Positions 8,493 through 19,317 of a DNA stretch of 64,000 nt are shown in pieces; the stretch's first letter is position 1, and every line of letters starts with the position of its first letter. The notes beneath the pieces are model-generated. The model had not been told where the DNA came from, made no database searches, and worked only from the letters and a program-made list of their open reading frames with translations. The position numbers and the translations under genes were made by a program. This DNA comes from Parcubacteria group bacterium (GTDB taxonomy: Bacteria > Patescibacteriota > Minisyncoccia > Moranbacterales > UBA2206), in the NCBI GenBank assembly GCA_041661275.1, contig JBAZUU010000001.1, positions 101,057-165,056 of the forward strand, written 5' to 3'.

Positions 8493-9635
8493 CTAAAAAT
8501 CCTTAAACCCCACCCCCCTTAAATCCTTTTTCACCCTATTCACAAATTTCCCAAACTGCCTGGCTTTGTTTCTTTTTTCCAGCTTGCTCGATTCGTTGTG
8601 CCGGGCTTCTTTTTGGAGAGTGATATAGTTTTGAAACTTTCCCGCGTCCAGCGTGCCGGACTTTGCGGCAGCGAGTACCGCGCAGCCGGGTTCGTGAGTG
8701 TGTGTGCAGTCATCAAACTTGCAATCATTGGAAAGAGTCGCTATTTCATCAAAGATACTATCAACGCTGGAAAGCGTATCGCCAAGACCTACTTCACGGA
8801 CACCGGGATTGTCGATGACAATGCCGCCGGAATCCCCGCCTGCGCCTAGGCTTCGGCGGGCAGGCAGAAAATACATCTCGCGTCTTGTGGTCACATGTTT
8901 TCCTCTGTCGGAATATTCACTCACGTCTCCGGTCTTGATAGTCCCTTCGCCAAGTAAAATATTGATAAGCGATGACTTCCCGACGCCAGACGACCCCAAA
9001 AAACAATATGTCTTTCCTTTGATAATATTATCTTTTAGCGCTGCTAGTCCTTCGCCGGTTTTGGTGCTAGTGGCGAACACGCTCACATCGCCCAGTCTTG
9101 TTTTTATCTCCAAAAGTTTTGAATTCAATTCTTCTTTGGAAATTAGATCAATTTTATTAAGGATGACAGCCGGCTCGATGCCACCGTCTCTTGCTATGGC
9201 AAAATATCTCTCAAATCGGTTGAGATTGTAATCCCGGCCGACCGACTGGACGACATAGGCCGTGTCGATGTTGGCCGCTATCATCTGAATTTCATTTTTT
9301 TCGCCAGACCTGTCACGGTCACCAAACTTTCTTTTCATCACAGTACGCCTGGGCAAAATGGCGCGGATGACCGCTTGTCCCTCACCGCTCTCTTCGATCG
9401 CCACCCAATCACCGACAGCTGGATAGTCCTCTTTCGATCTGGCGTTATGTCGAATTTTTCCGGTAATTTTGGCCAGATACGTTCCATCAGTATTTTTGAC
9501 ACTGTATGCACCTTTCGTTTCCGTTGTCACCCGAGCCACAGCAAAACCATCAAGGCCAAGTTTTGCCCGATTGGATTCGAAGAACGGGCCATACCCCAGA
9601 TCTTCCATCGTCAATTTTTTGCTTTTCTTTTCCAT
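8493..9635 (-). CDS. rsgA: Ribosome small-subunit-dependent GTPase A
   Basis: Circularly permuted GTPase order (NKIDL ... GSSGVGKSSLIN ... DxxG) plus C-terminal zinc motif CKFDDCTHTHEPGC. 380 aa. Confidence 0.9.
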   Translation of the reverse strand: MEKKSKKLTMEDLGYGPFFESNRAKLGLDGFAVARVTTETKGAYSVKNTDGTYLAKITGKIRHNARSKEDYPAVGDWVAIEESGEGQAVIRAILPRRTVMKRKFGDRDRSGEKNEIQMIAANIDTAYVVQSVGRDYNLNRFERYFAIARDGGIEPAVILNKIDLISKEELNSKLLEIKTRLGDVSVFATSTKTGEGLAALKDNIIKGKTYCFLGSSGVGKSSLINILLGEGTIKTGDVSEYSDRGKHVTTRREMYFLPARRSLGAGGDSGGIVIDNPGVREVGLGDTLSSVDSIFDEIATLSNDCKFDDCTHTHEPGCAVLAAAKSGTLDAGKFQNYITLQKEARHNESSKLEKRNKARQFGKFVNRVKKDLRGVGFKDF

Positions 9636-9743
9636 TGGTTCCTTATTTACTCTATCACCACCGAAGCAAAAGACAAAATTATGATAAAAAAACAGCCGGC
9701 CTGCGATAATAATGCGGGTCGGCGGCCATGGTCGATAGTCAAT

Positions 9744-11105
9744 CTATAATTTTGCCCTCGTCAGCAGGCCGACAAATCCTGTTGGCTCAATGCCGTTATC
9801 AGATTGAAATTTTTTCACGGCTTCAGTGGTAATTTCCCCATAAATCCCGGTGATGTATTGGGAATCAAGCAGGCCTAATTGATGGAGTCTTGTTTGAATA
9901 TTTTTTGTGCCTTCCGGAACTGCCGGGTCATAATAATCGCCGCTTTCTCCGCTTTCAAAGGAAACTTCATCCAGATCTATCTCTTTGTTGGCTTTTTCAG
10001 TATCCGCATCAGGATTGGTTATATATATTTTTCTTTTGTGGTCAGATTTATTTTCTATAAGCTTAGTGAAGCAAAACTTAGCCACCAGCTCTTTTCTAGA
10101 TTTTTTGTCCACTGAAGAAGCTTTATGATTTCCAATTTTCACCTCGGCATCTTCGTCAAAATGCTCGCCTTTGATGACCAGTTTCAGCCGTGACGTACAG
10201 CTTTTATTAGTGTCTTCATACCGATAAGCTTTCCAGGAATCAATATGAGCTCTTTCAGAATCATCGTTTTCGTCGTCATTTTCTCCTTCCTCGGTTTCAG
10301 CGATGCTGGTATATTGGGTTATGGCGAAATAAGAAGCATGAGAAGCATTAAAAGAGCATTGTCCACCAGAGACTTCGCAGTCAACTCCCATAGGCTCCCA
10401 ACCATCATCGCCGCCATCACTTCTTGAAAATATATTCAGGCTTTGCCCGTTATAAGCACTGCCAACAATGAAAGTGATGGTAACAGGATTAGAAAAAGAC
10501 AAAGTGGTATTCGGCACTCCAAAACGGAGTTTATTTATAATTCTGGAATTATTAGGATCGACGGCTTCGGCATACCATTCGCCAGCATTAAATGTTCCGC
10601 CCCCTTCTTTTGTAATTTTAGTTTCTGATGAAAAAGTAAACCCGAAGCCTTCTGCGGCTGAAGTATAGGTGTATCCTCCGGGAAATTCTATAAATTCAAC
10701 TGCACTACTACTGCCCCCCCACCAATAGACATCGTGAGTAATCCCGGAGTCGATATACAAACCATTAGTCCAGTTGAGCGTGAGAGAATTTACACCCTTG
10801 GTGGCTATTGCCTCATAATCATAATATCCTTGAGCCATCGCGGATGTGTAGGTATATGACCAGTTTCCGGCAGCATCAATCGTTGTTACGTTTTTTACGT
10901 CTCCGCCCTCTACCTGCACCGTTATGGTAGTAGTGCCCACATCAGCCGCATCGATGCTTCCCCTAATAGTCGGTGTCGTGTCCGGAGTCGACAGGGCATA
11001 GGCTTTGAAATTATTCACATCCGCCTCGGCTTTTTCAGGAGACACAAAAAAACAGCTGAAAAAAACGATTAGCGCCAAAAGTAGAAAATATTTTTTGTTT
11101 TTCAT
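9744..11105 (-). CDS. Secreted protein with C-terminal peptidoglycan-binding (PG_binding_1) domain; hypothetical
   Basis: Signal peptide MKNKKYFLLLALIVFFSCFFVSP (start moved to ATG 11105). C-terminal LHQLGLLDSQYITGIYGEITTEAVKKFQSDNGIEPTGFVG is PG-binding-like. Confidence 0.6.
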   Translation of the reverse strand: MKNKKYFLLLALIVFFSCFFVSPEKAEADVNNFKAYALSTPDTTPTIRGSIDAADVGTTTITVQVEGGDVKNVTTIDAAGNWSYTYTSAMAQGYYDYEAIATKGVNSLTLNWTNGLYIDSGITHDVYWWGGSSSAVEFIEFPGGYTYTSAAEGFGFTFSSETKITKEGGGTFNAGEWYAEAVDPNNSRIINKLRFGVPNTTLSFSNPVTITFIVGSAYNGQSLNIFSRSDGGDDGWEPMGVDCEVSGGQCSFNASHASYFAITQYTSIAETEEGENDDENDDSERAHIDSWKAYRYEDTNKSCTSRLKLVIKGEHFDEDAEVKIGNHKASSVDKKSRKELVAKFCFTKLIENKSDHKRKIYITNPDADTEKANKEIDLDEVSFESGESGDYYDPAVPEGTKNIQTRLHQLGLLDSQYITGIYGEITTEAVKKFQSDNGIEPTGFVGLLTRAKL

Positions 11106-11243
11106 TTTTTTGCTTCCCCTATAAAAACATAACCCGTGCTTGATATTACTATACCACAAAAGGAGGCCTCTGGTGAAATGGCTCCTGAAATTAAAACAGG
11201 TCCGGCCAGTATTATATTATACTCTAATTATTAACGGAAAATT

Positions 11244-11510
11244 ATGATGTGGGGTTATGGACCTATGATGGGAGGGTACGGCTTTGGTCTTTTTGGCGGA
11301 TTACTGCAAATTATCTTTTTTGTTTTTATCATTTGGGCAATCGTCTCCCTGTTTCGCTATGGACGATACATGGGCGGATGCGGCCCGATGAGAGGCTATG
11401 ACCACAAGCATGGCGGCAGTGAAAACGCTTTGGAAATCTTGAAAAACCGCTATGCCAAAGGTGAGATAAATAAAGATGAATTTGAGAAAATGAAAAAGGA
11501 CTTGGAGTAG
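11244..11510 (+). CDS. SHOCT-domain small membrane protein
   Basis: Gly/Met-rich TM segment followed by ALEILKNRYAKGEINKDEFEKMKKDL (SHOCT short C-terminal domain). 88 aa. Confidence 0.7.
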   Translation: MMWGYGPMMGGYGFGLFGGLLQIIFFVFIIWAIVSLFRYGRYMGGCGPMRGYDHKHGGSENALEILKNRYAKGEINKDEFEKMKKDLE

Positions 11511-11555
11511 ACAAAAAAATAAGTTGGGGATAAAAAATAGTCGGGCGCTATAATA

Positions 11556-11586
11556 AAATGGCTAAACCTAGCCATTTTTTTATTTA
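11556..11586 (+). terminator. Rho-independent terminator (AAATGGCTA aac TAGCCATTT plus T-run)
   Basis: Perfect 9-bp stem followed by TTTTTTT. Confidence 0.75.
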
Positions 11587-11676
11587 TATCTAAATTACCT
11601 AAAAAAATATTTGTCAAATAAGCGTCTTTATGCTAGTCTGGTGAATCATAAATGTAATTAAAATTTTATCAAACAT

Positions 11677-12219
11677 ATGGTAAAAAATAAGAACTTCTAT
11701 CTAATAATCACAGCCCTTGTCGTGGGACTGACTTTTGTCGCGTTCTCCGGTGTCCAGAAAGCTAACGCCCAATGGGGTGAATTTGATAATAGTGGAGATG
11801 ATTATGGCCAGAGTTGGAGCGAAGATGGAACCGGCTGGTATGATAATAATTCCGATTTAAACTGGATGGATACTGATCAAGATTGGAATAATTCCGGATT
11901 TGATTGGGGTCAGGATAATTCTGACTCCGGTTGGTATGATACAGGATATGATAATTATGCTGCTAACAACGAATATCAGGACTCTCATCGATGCTACGGT
12001 TGCGGAGATGATATTTATAATTACAAAGAAAAAAGAAATAATTGCAAACACAAGAAAAGGCCTATCCCAGAACCAAAGCCTTTTCCAAGACCAGAACCTT
12101 TCCCAATGCCTATTTTTACTCCTGACGGCAAAAGTGAAAATAGCAATATCAATAACATCTCAATAGACAATGCTAATAATAACTTTCAAAATCAGAACAT
12201 AGGATGGGAAAATGACTGA
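11677..12219 (+). CDS. Secreted Asp/Asn/Trp/Gly-rich low-complexity protein with PEPKPFPRPEPFP segment; paralogous to the N-terminal region of the downstream LPxTG protein
   Basis: Signal peptide, D/N/W-rich repeats, shared PEP(R/K)P motif with the 12252 gene. No LPxTG motif. Confidence 0.5.
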   Translation: MVKNKNFYLIITALVVGLTFVAFSGVQKANAQWGEFDNSGDDYGQSWSEDGTGWYDNNSDLNWMDTDQDWNNSGFDWGQDNSDSGWYDTGYDNYAANNEYQDSHRCYGCGDDIYNYKEKRNNCKHKKRPIPEPKPFPRPEPFPMPIFTPDGKSENSNINNISIDNANNNFQNQNIGWEND

Positions 12220-12251
12220 TACTATTTAGAATAGTTTTATTACGTAAACAT

Positions 12252-12725
12252 ATGACTAATATCATGAAAAACTATATAAAAATAACTATCCTCTCTATTA
12301 TTCTGATGGGTGGTATACTTCTTGTTTTTTCAACGGCGAATGCCTGTGAGCAGGGTGGCAATGTTGGATGCAACCCTCCTATTCCCGAGCCACGGCCAGA
12401 ACCTAGACCAAAACCCCAACATCAACCAATCCGCATTGAAAGATTTATTGCACAAGCTGATAAATCCACCAACACTAATAATGTTGTTGTTTCTAACACC
12501 AACACTAATACCCAATCTCAAAGTATCGAGGTCAAGGTAAAGGTAAAGAAAGAAAAAAATAACAAAAAATCAAAAAATGAAAAGAAAAAATCTTCTAAAA
12601 AGACTACAGCCACAACTAAAAAACTGCCGCGAACCGGAAGCTCTACTGCAGGGTTTGCAGGTCTCGGGCTTGTTTCTTGCGTTTCTGCGTTAGGAATAAA
12701 AAGATACTTTTGGAAACTGGCATAA
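12252..12725 (+). CDS. LPxTG cell-wall-anchored surface protein (sortase substrate)
   Basis: C-terminal LPRTGSSTAGFAGLGLVSCVSALGIKRYFWKLA (LPxTG, hydrophobic segment, positively charged tail). N-terminal signal peptide. Lys/Thr-rich stalk. Confidence 0.8.
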   Translation: MTNIMKNYIKITILSIILMGGILLVFSTANACEQGGNVGCNPPIPEPRPEPRPKPQHQPIRIERFIAQADKSTNTNNVVVSNTNTNTQSQSIEVKVKVKKEKNNKKSKNEKKKSSKKTTATTKKLPRTGSSTAGFAGLGLVSCVSALGIKRYFWKLA

Positions 12726-12775
12726 ATTACATAAATTAATTTGTCGGCCAGCTCCTATCGGCTATTCCTAATCAT

Positions 12776-13657
12776 ATGTTTTTAATCTTTCTAGCCAATC
12801 TTTTTAAGCAATACAAAGAACACTGGAAAAAGGCCACTTTGACTCTCGGCCTTTTTTTAGGAATCTTTTTCCTGTTGTTTAATGTTGTCAATTTTGACTT
12901 TAGTTCAGTTGCTAATAGCGATTCTAACGATAAAACAGAAAAGAAAAGCGCCGAGGAAGAAAATAAATGGCAATTCAAAAAGAAGCCTCTGTCTGTGGCT
13001 AACGCCGCTCCCCTTAGCGCCAACGAATGGACCAGGGAATATGGATTAGATGATAGTAACAATAAACCCGGCGATGATCCGGATGGCGACGGGCTGCCCA
13101 ACAAACTAGAGTATGCTCATATGACTGATCCTCTGAAGGCTGACACTGACGGAGATGGCTATTCCGATAAACAGGAAATAATCAATGGTTATGACCCTGA
13201 CGCGCCGGGAGACGCCAGACCCAATGCGGAAATAATCATCACCAAGATCGGTGTTTCTGCTCCGGTTATCTGGTCTAAAAACGATGATGAAACAAGCCTA
13301 CAGGAAGATCTAAAAAAGGGTGTCGTCCATTTTCCCAAGTCCGCCTCTCCCGGACAGGATGGCAATATGGTTATTTCAGGTCATTCCAGCAACTATGTCT
13401 GGGTAAAGGGAAGCTATAACTACATCTTTAAAAACCTCAATAATCTTGAAAAGAATGATGAGATTAAAATAAAGGTAACTCAACAGAACAAAAGAATAAT
13501 TAATTATACTTATAAGATAATTGATAAAAGAACAACCACCGCTGACGATCCATTCATCTTTGAACAAACAGCTAACCCGTCTCTTACTCTCTCCACTTGT
13601 TGGCCAATAGGCACCGCTCTCAAAAGACTTGTAGTGAGAGCAGAGCTGGTGAAATAA
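12776..13657 (+). CDS. Sortase (transpeptidase) with thrombospondin-type-3-like DxDGDG calcium-binding repeats
   Basis: Catalytic His (VISGHSS) and Cys (LTLSTCWP, the TLxTC motif). N-terminal TM anchor. DPDGDGLPN / DTDGDGYSD repeats. Immediately downstream of the LPxTG substrate. Confidence 0.8.
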   Translation: MFLIFLANLFKQYKEHWKKATLTLGLFLGIFFLLFNVVNFDFSSVANSDSNDKTEKKSAEEENKWQFKKKPLSVANAAPLSANEWTREYGLDDSNNKPGDDPDGDGLPNKLEYAHMTDPLKADTDGDGYSDKQEIINGYDPDAPGDARPNAEIIITKIGVSAPVIWSKNDDETSLQEDLKKGVVHFPKSASPGQDGNMVISGHSSNYVWVKGSYNYIFKNLNNLEKNDEIKIKVTQQNKRIINYTYKIIDKRTTTADDPFIFEQTANPSLTLSTCWPIGTALKRLVVRAELVK

Positions 13658-13741
13658 GATCATAAAAAAACTGTCCCGTTAAGCGGGGCGGTTTTTTATA
13701 TCACTTTCTTTTAATTACTTTTTAAATTAAAATAAAGATGT

Positions 13742-14245
13742 ATGAAAAAATATATTTATATCATCTTAGTCATAATCATTGTCCTTGCGGCAGTATTTTT
13801 TATTTCCCGGTCAAAGCCGTCAAAAGAAACTGCTACGCCGCCAGCAACACCGGTAGCGGAAAATAAGGCAGAAAAAATTGTCGAAGACCAGTCCGCTGCC
13901 ACCGCTAAAAACTACCAGGAATCGAGTGAAAAATATAAATATCAAATTGCTGTTGTTTATCCCTTTTTTGACAGTCTAGCTGACAAAAAAATCTTGGATA
14001 GCATTAATAGCCAAATAGATAAAAGCGTGCAACTGGAAGTTGATAAATATATTGCTGAAGCCAGAAAAAACAAGATTGCCCCATCTTTTGGTTATCTTAC
14101 CGGAAACTACACATATTCAGTCTCGGACGGAAAAGTATTGTCAGTAAAATTGGAAATGGAAAAACTTCTTTCCGGCGGCGCTGATCCTTCTAACTACTCC
14201 GTCACTCTGAACTATGATTTGGAAAATGGAAGACAAATATTATAG
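13742..14245 (+). CDS. Membrane-anchored hypothetical protein (possible DUF3298/DUF4163-like fold)
   Basis: Signal anchor plus approximately 130-aa soluble domain. No diagnostic motif. 167 aa. Confidence 0.4.
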   Translation: MKKYIYIILVIIIVLAAVFFISRSKPSKETATPPATPVAENKAEKIVEDQSAATAKNYQESSEKYKYQIAVVYPFFDSLADKKILDSINSQIDKSVQLEVDKYIAEARKNKIAPSFGYLTGNYTYSVSDGKVLSVKLEMEKLLSGGADPSNYSVTLNYDLENGRQIL

Positions 14246-14351
14246 TATGTTCAAATCAAATTATCTAAAACTGCTGACTTTTTTTCTGGTTTTCAACTGG
14301 TTTATTTCTTTTAGCTGAGCCGCTCTTCTCCCTCATTTTATCCAGGAAGGG

Positions 14352-15377
14352 ATGACTATGCAGCAAATAATTTTTGGTGCTATGCTCACTTTTTGGGGAG
14401 TGCTTTTAATGATTCTGTTGGTCAAATTTTTCGGTCAGAAGCTTGATTCTAAAACCTCCTGGTATATAGCAATAATCTTATCCTATGTTTATATTCTTCT
14501 TTTGATCAAAATTGTCAGCCCTTATCAGTTATATTTGGCTTTCTTCATTAATGGCCTAATCACTTTTTTCTTTTACGCTTTCTATAATTCTGCTTACTTC
14601 GAGGCTACGTCTCAAAAAAATATCGGGAAAAGTTCCGCTCTTATGTTTAGCATCGGTCCTCTGATTTCTCTTGTCGCACCGCTCTTTGCTGGATCGCTTG
14701 CTCAAATAAATTATCTTTATATCTGGATTTTATCCTTTTTCTTTTTTCTTATTCCTTTGTATTTTGTAAGATCACAGGAAAGTTTTACTATTAAATATTC
14801 GGTGAGGGAGATTATAGAAGAGATAAGATCTACCCGTCTTTTCATTTTTATCGGTGCTTTTTGGGAAGCAATGGCTTTTGGAATGATTCCTATTTATACC
14901 TTATTTTTTATCAAAACCCCCCTTGGTTATGGCGCTTTTTTATCATACTTGGGAATGATTGGAATCTTAGCCAATCTGTCGCTCGGAGTTTTTACTGACA
15001 AAATGCAAAAAAGAGTGTTTTTTCTTTATCCTGTAACCTTGGCTATGTCCGCTGTTACTTTTTTATTTTCCTTAGCAACAGTAAATATTTATTATTGGAT
15101 TATCGCTTCCGGAGTTATCCAATTTTTTTATCCAATTTATAATAATGTTTCTCTGGCTATGGTCGTTGATACAAAACCGGATTTAAAAAAAGCCATAGTC
15201 GGAAGAGAACTAGTGCTTTCTTTAGGGAGAATTGTCGGACTGTCCTTAGCTTTTTTGAGCTTCACTTTCGAACGCCAGCCTTTTTATATTTTTATTGTCC
15301 TTGGAACCGTTATGCTCTTTTTTCCGCTGGCTCTTTTTTGGCGAACAAAAGTGGTTAAAAAATATTCGTATTTGTAA
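14352..15377 (+). CDS. Polytopic membrane protein, MFS-transporter-like (approximately 9-10 TM), possibly truncated
   Basis: Multiple hydrophobic helices. The segment GKSSALMFSIGPLISLVAPLFAGSLAQ resembles an MFS motif region. 341 aa is short for a 12-TM MFS. Confidence 0.45.
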   Translation: MTMQQIIFGAMLTFWGVLLMILLVKFFGQKLDSKTSWYIAIILSYVYILLLIKIVSPYQLYLAFFINGLITFFFYAFYNSAYFEATSQKNIGKSSALMFSIGPLISLVAPLFAGSLAQINYLYIWILSFFFFLIPLYFVRSQESFTIKYSVREIIEEIRSTRLFIFIGAFWEAMAFGMIPIYTLFFIKTPLGYGAFLSYLGMIGILANLSLGVFTDKMQKRVFFLYPVTLAMSAVTFLFSLATVNIYYWIIASGVIQFFYPIYNNVSLAMVVDTKPDLKKAIVGRELVLSLGRIVGLSLAFLSFTFERQPFYIFIVLGTVMLFFPLALFWRTKVVKKYSYL

Positions 15378-15474
15378 TTTTAAGCAGAGTTAGGCACAGG
15401 CTTAAAATGAAAAAGGCAAGACACGCGTGTCCTGCCCCAGAAACAAAAAGGGAGCGACTTCTCTCGGGAAAAAG

Positions 15475-15810
15475 TCATAATCCCATTTTGGTTTTTATCC
15501 CCTGTAAAATTTCTTGCGCTTTAGGGGAAGGCGGATCAAAAGAGATACCAAGCAAATTCAGGGCCTCCTCCATTTCTTTAGCTACCATAAACTGAAGGTT
15601 ATTTCTTTCCCATCGCTTGATGCTGTACTGGGCATCAACATAGATGGTTAGAATCTTTGCTCCTTTCTCATCATTCTCTGCTTCCCTGATTTTTTTCGCT
15701 AACACCAGAAGCGTTTCGGGAGAATAGAACGCTTGTTCAAGCCCTTGCCAATAAATGATGAGTGGTCCACCTTTTTTCAATATTTCTTGAAGAACGTCTG
15801 GCATTTCCAT
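15475..15810 (-). CDS. Hypothetical protein, downstream of copA on the same strand
   Basis: 111-aa ORF with no recognisable motif. Keeps the local strand and spacing pattern. Confidence 0.35.
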   Translation of the reverse strand: MEMPDVLQEILKKGGPLIIYWQGLEQAFYSPETLLVLAKKIREAENDEKGAKILTIYVDAQYSIKRWERNNLQFMVAKEMEEALNLLGISFDPPSPKAQEILQGIKTKMGL

Positions 15811-15899
15811 ATCACTTACCTCCTAGAATTAAGATCAATGGCAGTTTCCTTTTGTCGCCCACTTGAATATATATTAACGTTTATGTACTTAAAAATCAA

Positions 15900-18095
15900 T
15901 TACTTCCTATATATCTGCAAACTATTCATCACTACCGTCACGGAACTAAATGACATCGCCCCGGCGGCGATCATAGGATTGAGAAATCCAAAAGCAGCCA
16001 AGGGGATAGCTAGGATATTATAGAAAAAAGCCCAGAAAAGATTTTGCTTGATGATAGAAAAAGTGGCTCGGGAAAGTTTCCCGGCCGTTACTACTTTTTC
16101 CAGATTATTAGTCAGAAGAATTATCTCTCCTGCTTCTTTGGCCACATCTGATGCACTACCCATAGCCACGCCAAGATCCGCTTGCACAAGTGACGGCGCG
16201 TCATTGATACCATCGCCCACAAAAGCCACCCTTTCGCCCCTGTCTTGCAATTTTTTTATCTCCTGGACTTTTTCGGAAGGGAGAATTTCTGCTCGAACAT
16301 AGGAAATTCCTAAACTTTTGGCAACTGAGTGCACGGTCGCCATATTATCACCTGAAATAATGCCAACATGAAGCCTCGCTCTTTTCAGTTTTTCAATGAC
16401 CTTTTTGGCCTCGGGTCGGACTTTATCAAAAATTTGGATAGCACCGATCACTTTTTTGTCGTGTCCGACAAAAAGCCAGGAACCGCCCTCCATCTCTGGA
16501 GTTTTTAGTAATTCTTTCGCCCAGGAAGTATCAACTTCCTTTTCTTCTAAGAGCTTCATATTCCCCAAAAAGAGTGGGATATTATGATCTTGAAATATGC
16601 CGCTAAGCCCTCGGCCCCTTGTTTCCTGAAAATTAATAACATTAACTTGTCCGCTCTTTTTTTCTACTGCGTATTTTTCCACTGCCACTGAAAGCGGATG
16701 AGTGGAACTTTGCGCAAGACTTCGAGCAATTGACAACACATTTTCAGCAGCAAAACTAAAATTATCATTGACAATCAATCGACTGACCCTTGGCGTACCC
16801 ATCGTCAGTGTCCCGGTTTTGTCAAAAAGCATCATGGTGATATTTTTGGCTCGTTCAAAAATCTCCGGATTTTTAATGAGTATGCCTTTTCTTGCGGCTT
16901 GCCCTATACCAACCATAATGGCCGTCGGTGTAGCTAGCCCCAAAGCGCAGGGGCACGCTATGATCAAGACCGTAATAGCTCTTGTCAGACTAGTCGCAAA
17001 TATGCCGCCAGAAAAATAATTTAAAATAAAAGTAGAAATAGCTATAAACAACACGACTGGAACGAATATGCCAGAAATCTTGTCCGCCAGTTTTTGCACC
17101 GGAGCTTTGGCCATTTGCGCTTCTTCCATCGTCTTGATGATTTGGGCTAGCGCCGTTCCCTCCCCTGTTACAGTCACTTTTATTTTCAGTTTTCCATTTT
17201 CATTTAGAGTAGCGCCATAGACGGATGAGCCGATATTTTTATCAACCGGTATCGATTCTCCGGTAAGCATTGATTCATTTACACTGGACTCACCTTCTAT
17301 CACTTCCCCATCAAGTGGAATTTTTTCACCGGGCAAAACTCGTACAATGTCGCCGACTTTCACTTCATCTATATTTTTTTCTATCTCCTGATCTCCTTCC
17401 AGCACTCTGGCTTTTTTAGCGCCCAGTTCTAGAAGTTTTTTCATTGCAACGCCAGCCCTTTTTGTGCTTTTGGATTCGAAAAATTTTCCAAGAAGAATGA
17501 GAGTGATGATGACTGCAGCCGTTTCCAAATACTCTTCCATTCCATTGGCTATTGCCCATAAGCTATAAAAATAAGCAGCAGATGTTCCAAGAGATATCAA
17601 AGTGTCCATGTTGGAACTGAATTTTCTGGCCAGTTTTATAGCCATATAATGGAAACGCCAGCCGAAATACCATGCCACAACAGTTGCCAAAAAAATGTGG
17701 ATCCATATGATCAAGTCCAATCCTCCAACCATTATTCCTGATCGAATTTTTATGAACATTTCCAAAACAAGGGGTAAGCTCAAAATGGCTGACCATAAAA
17801 AATCTTTTTTGTCTATGTCCTCATTTTCACTGTGATGCATATGCGAATGATCACCATACGCGGGACCATTTTCATTTTCCGTGTCAGATGCCTGATATCC
17901 TGCTTCCGCCACCGCTTTTTTTATTTTTTCAATACTGACAATTTCCCTGTCATATTCTACCAACGCTTTTTTGGCGGCAAAATTTATCCGAGCATCCGTG
18001 ATCCCTGGTGTGCGTGATAACTTTCGGGTAATTGATGCGGCGCAACTGGCACAAGTCATGCCTGTTATATTTAAGATTATTTTCTTTTTATTCAT
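15900..18095 (-). CDS. copA: Copper-translocating P1B-type ATPase
   Basis: N-terminal HMA domain [16 protein letters not shown] motif [12 protein letters not shown], phosphorylation DKTGTLT, hinge [10 protein letters not shown] motif. 731 aa. Confidence 0.92.
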   Translation of the reverse strand: MNKKKIILNITGMTCASCAASITRKLSRTPGITDARINFAAKKALVEYDREIVSIEKIKKAVAEAGYQASDTENENGPAYGDHSHMHHSENEDIDKKDFLWSAILSLPLVLEMFIKIRSGIMVGGLDLIIWIHIFLATVVAWYFGWRFHYMAIKLARKFSSNMDTLISLGTSAAYFYSLWAIANGMEEYLETAAVIITLILLGKFFESKSTKRAGVAMKKLLELGAKKARVLEGDQEIEKNIDEVKVGDIVRVLPGEKIPLDGEVIEGESSVNESMLTGESIPVDKNIGSSVYGATLNENGKLKIKVTVTGEGTALAQIIKTMEEAQMAKAPVQKLADKISGIFVPVVLFIAISTFILNYFSGGIFATSLTRAITVLIIACPCALGLATPTAIMVGIGQAARKGILIKNPEIFERAKNITMMLFDKTGTLTMGTPRVSRLIVNDNFSFAAENVLSIARSLAQSSTHPLSVAVEKYAVEKKSGQVNVINFQETRGRGLSGIFQDHNIPLFLGNMKLLEEKEVDTSWAKELLKTPEMEGGSWLFVGHDKKVIGAIQIFDKVRPEAKKVIEKLKRARLHVGIISGDNMATVHSVAKSLGISYVRAEILPSEKVQEIKKLQDRGERVAFVGDGINDAPSLVQADLGVAMGSASDVAKEAGEIILLTNNLEKVVTAGKLSRATFSIIKQNLFWAFFYNILAIPLAAFGFLNPMIAAGAMSFSSVTVVMNSLQIYRK

Positions 18096-18143
18096 ATATT
18101 TTAATTCGCATGTGCGCTTTCGTAGTGCGCCATTCGCATACTA

Positions 18144-19310
18144 TTATTCTACAGTAAACTTGCCCCTGACCATTCCCATCCAGCAACTAAAAGGAATTTC
18201 TCCGGCAGTCGTAGGAGTAAAATTAATTATATTTTTCCCGGAATTGATATTTTTTTCAATGTTAAGCTCGGGAATGATGATCTTGCTGGTGCACCCACTG
18301 ACCGAGTCGCCATGGATTGTCCACTCTACCGGAACATTCTTTTTTATTTTTAGCGCCGCTGGCTGGAATCCCGAACTTGTTACGTGCATTTCCACTGTTT
18401 GAGTAATACCACTGCTCACCGACTTTGTTCCGGCTTCTGATGGATTTATTGTTTTATCGGCAGCTTCTTCTTGTTGGCCAGATGAAAAAATATTGTTTTT
18501 TACCCCCTTTAATGCTAGTCCGGAACCAAAAGTATATACAGCAAAGATCAGTATCATTATCCCGGCCACTTTTTTGAATATTACAATTTTTTTATTTTTC
18601 GTCCAGGAAGTAGTGATACCTAAAATTAAAAGTGCTGGAACCGTCCCCAAAGCAAAGGAGAATAATCCAAGTGATCCGACCCAAAAACTTCCGGAGGTGA
18701 GAGCCAAAATTTGCATACTTTGAGTGAACCCGCAGGGTAGAAAAAAGCTTAAACCACCTAAAACAACAGGCGCCATTTTATGTTCCGAATTTTCTAATTT
18801 CTTCCAGTTGGAAGTAAGACTTTTGGGAAGAGTAATTCCGATTTTAGATATCGGAGGAATAACGCCTAAAATATTGAAGCCGAGCCAAGCCATAACGACG
18901 GCGATTATTATAGTATAGATAGCAATAAAGTTACCACTGATATTGATCTCGCCACCAATGAGCCCCAAAACTCCGCCCAACACAAAAAAGATAATTAATC
19001 TTCCAATATGAAAAAGTAAATTAGGTGCCATTGCCCCCTTCCAAAAAGTTGCTTCTTCGGTTTTGTATTTTTCGGCAAAGGCGATGATAACTGCACCGAC
19101 TACGGCAAGGCACGATGAAACTGATGCCACAAGCCCGACCAAAAAAGAAACACTTAAGTTAAGGGATGGATTGCCGATGTTGAGACTACCTAAAAAACCC
19201 ATTTTTTGAAAGACACTAAAAAGAAAGAAAATTATTATCACTATTAAAAACGCGTAAATCGATTGCTTCCAATTATTTTTCTCCGATCTTTCACAATCAG
19301 CGCAACGCAT
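18144..19310 (-). CDS. Polytopic membrane protein (DsbD/CcdA-like TM core with Cys residues) fused to C-terminal cupredoxin-like domain; copper-homeostasis accessory
   Basis: Six or more TM helices with SSC / LPCGF cysteines. C-terminal approximately 90 aa beta-rich with H...C...M ligand candidates (WTIHGDSVSGC ... FSCWMGM). Sits between csoR and copA. Confidence 0.5.
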   Translation of the reverse strand: MRCADCERSEKNNWKQSIYAFLIVIIIFFLFSVFQKMGFLGSLNIGNPSLNLSVSFLVGLVASVSSCLAVVGAVIIAFAEKYKTEEATFWKGAMAPNLLFHIGRLIIFFVLGGVLGLIGGEINISGNFIAIYTIIIAVVMAWLGFNILGVIPPISKIGITLPKSLTSNWKKLENSEHKMAPVVLGGLSFFLPCGFTQSMQILALTSGSFWVGSLGLFSFALGTVPALLILGITTSWTKNKKIVIFKKVAGIMILIFAVYTFGSGLALKGVKNNIFSSGQQEEAADKTINPSEAGTKSVSSGITQTVEMHVTSSGFQPAALKIKKNVPVEWTIHGDSVSGCTSKIIIPELNIEKNINSGKNIINFTPTTAGEIPFSCWMGMVRGKFTVE

Positions 19311-19317
19311 AATTTTA

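Noticed and set aside
8698-9231. 177-aa plus-strand ORF
   Set aside because: It is antisense to rsgA and has no motifs.
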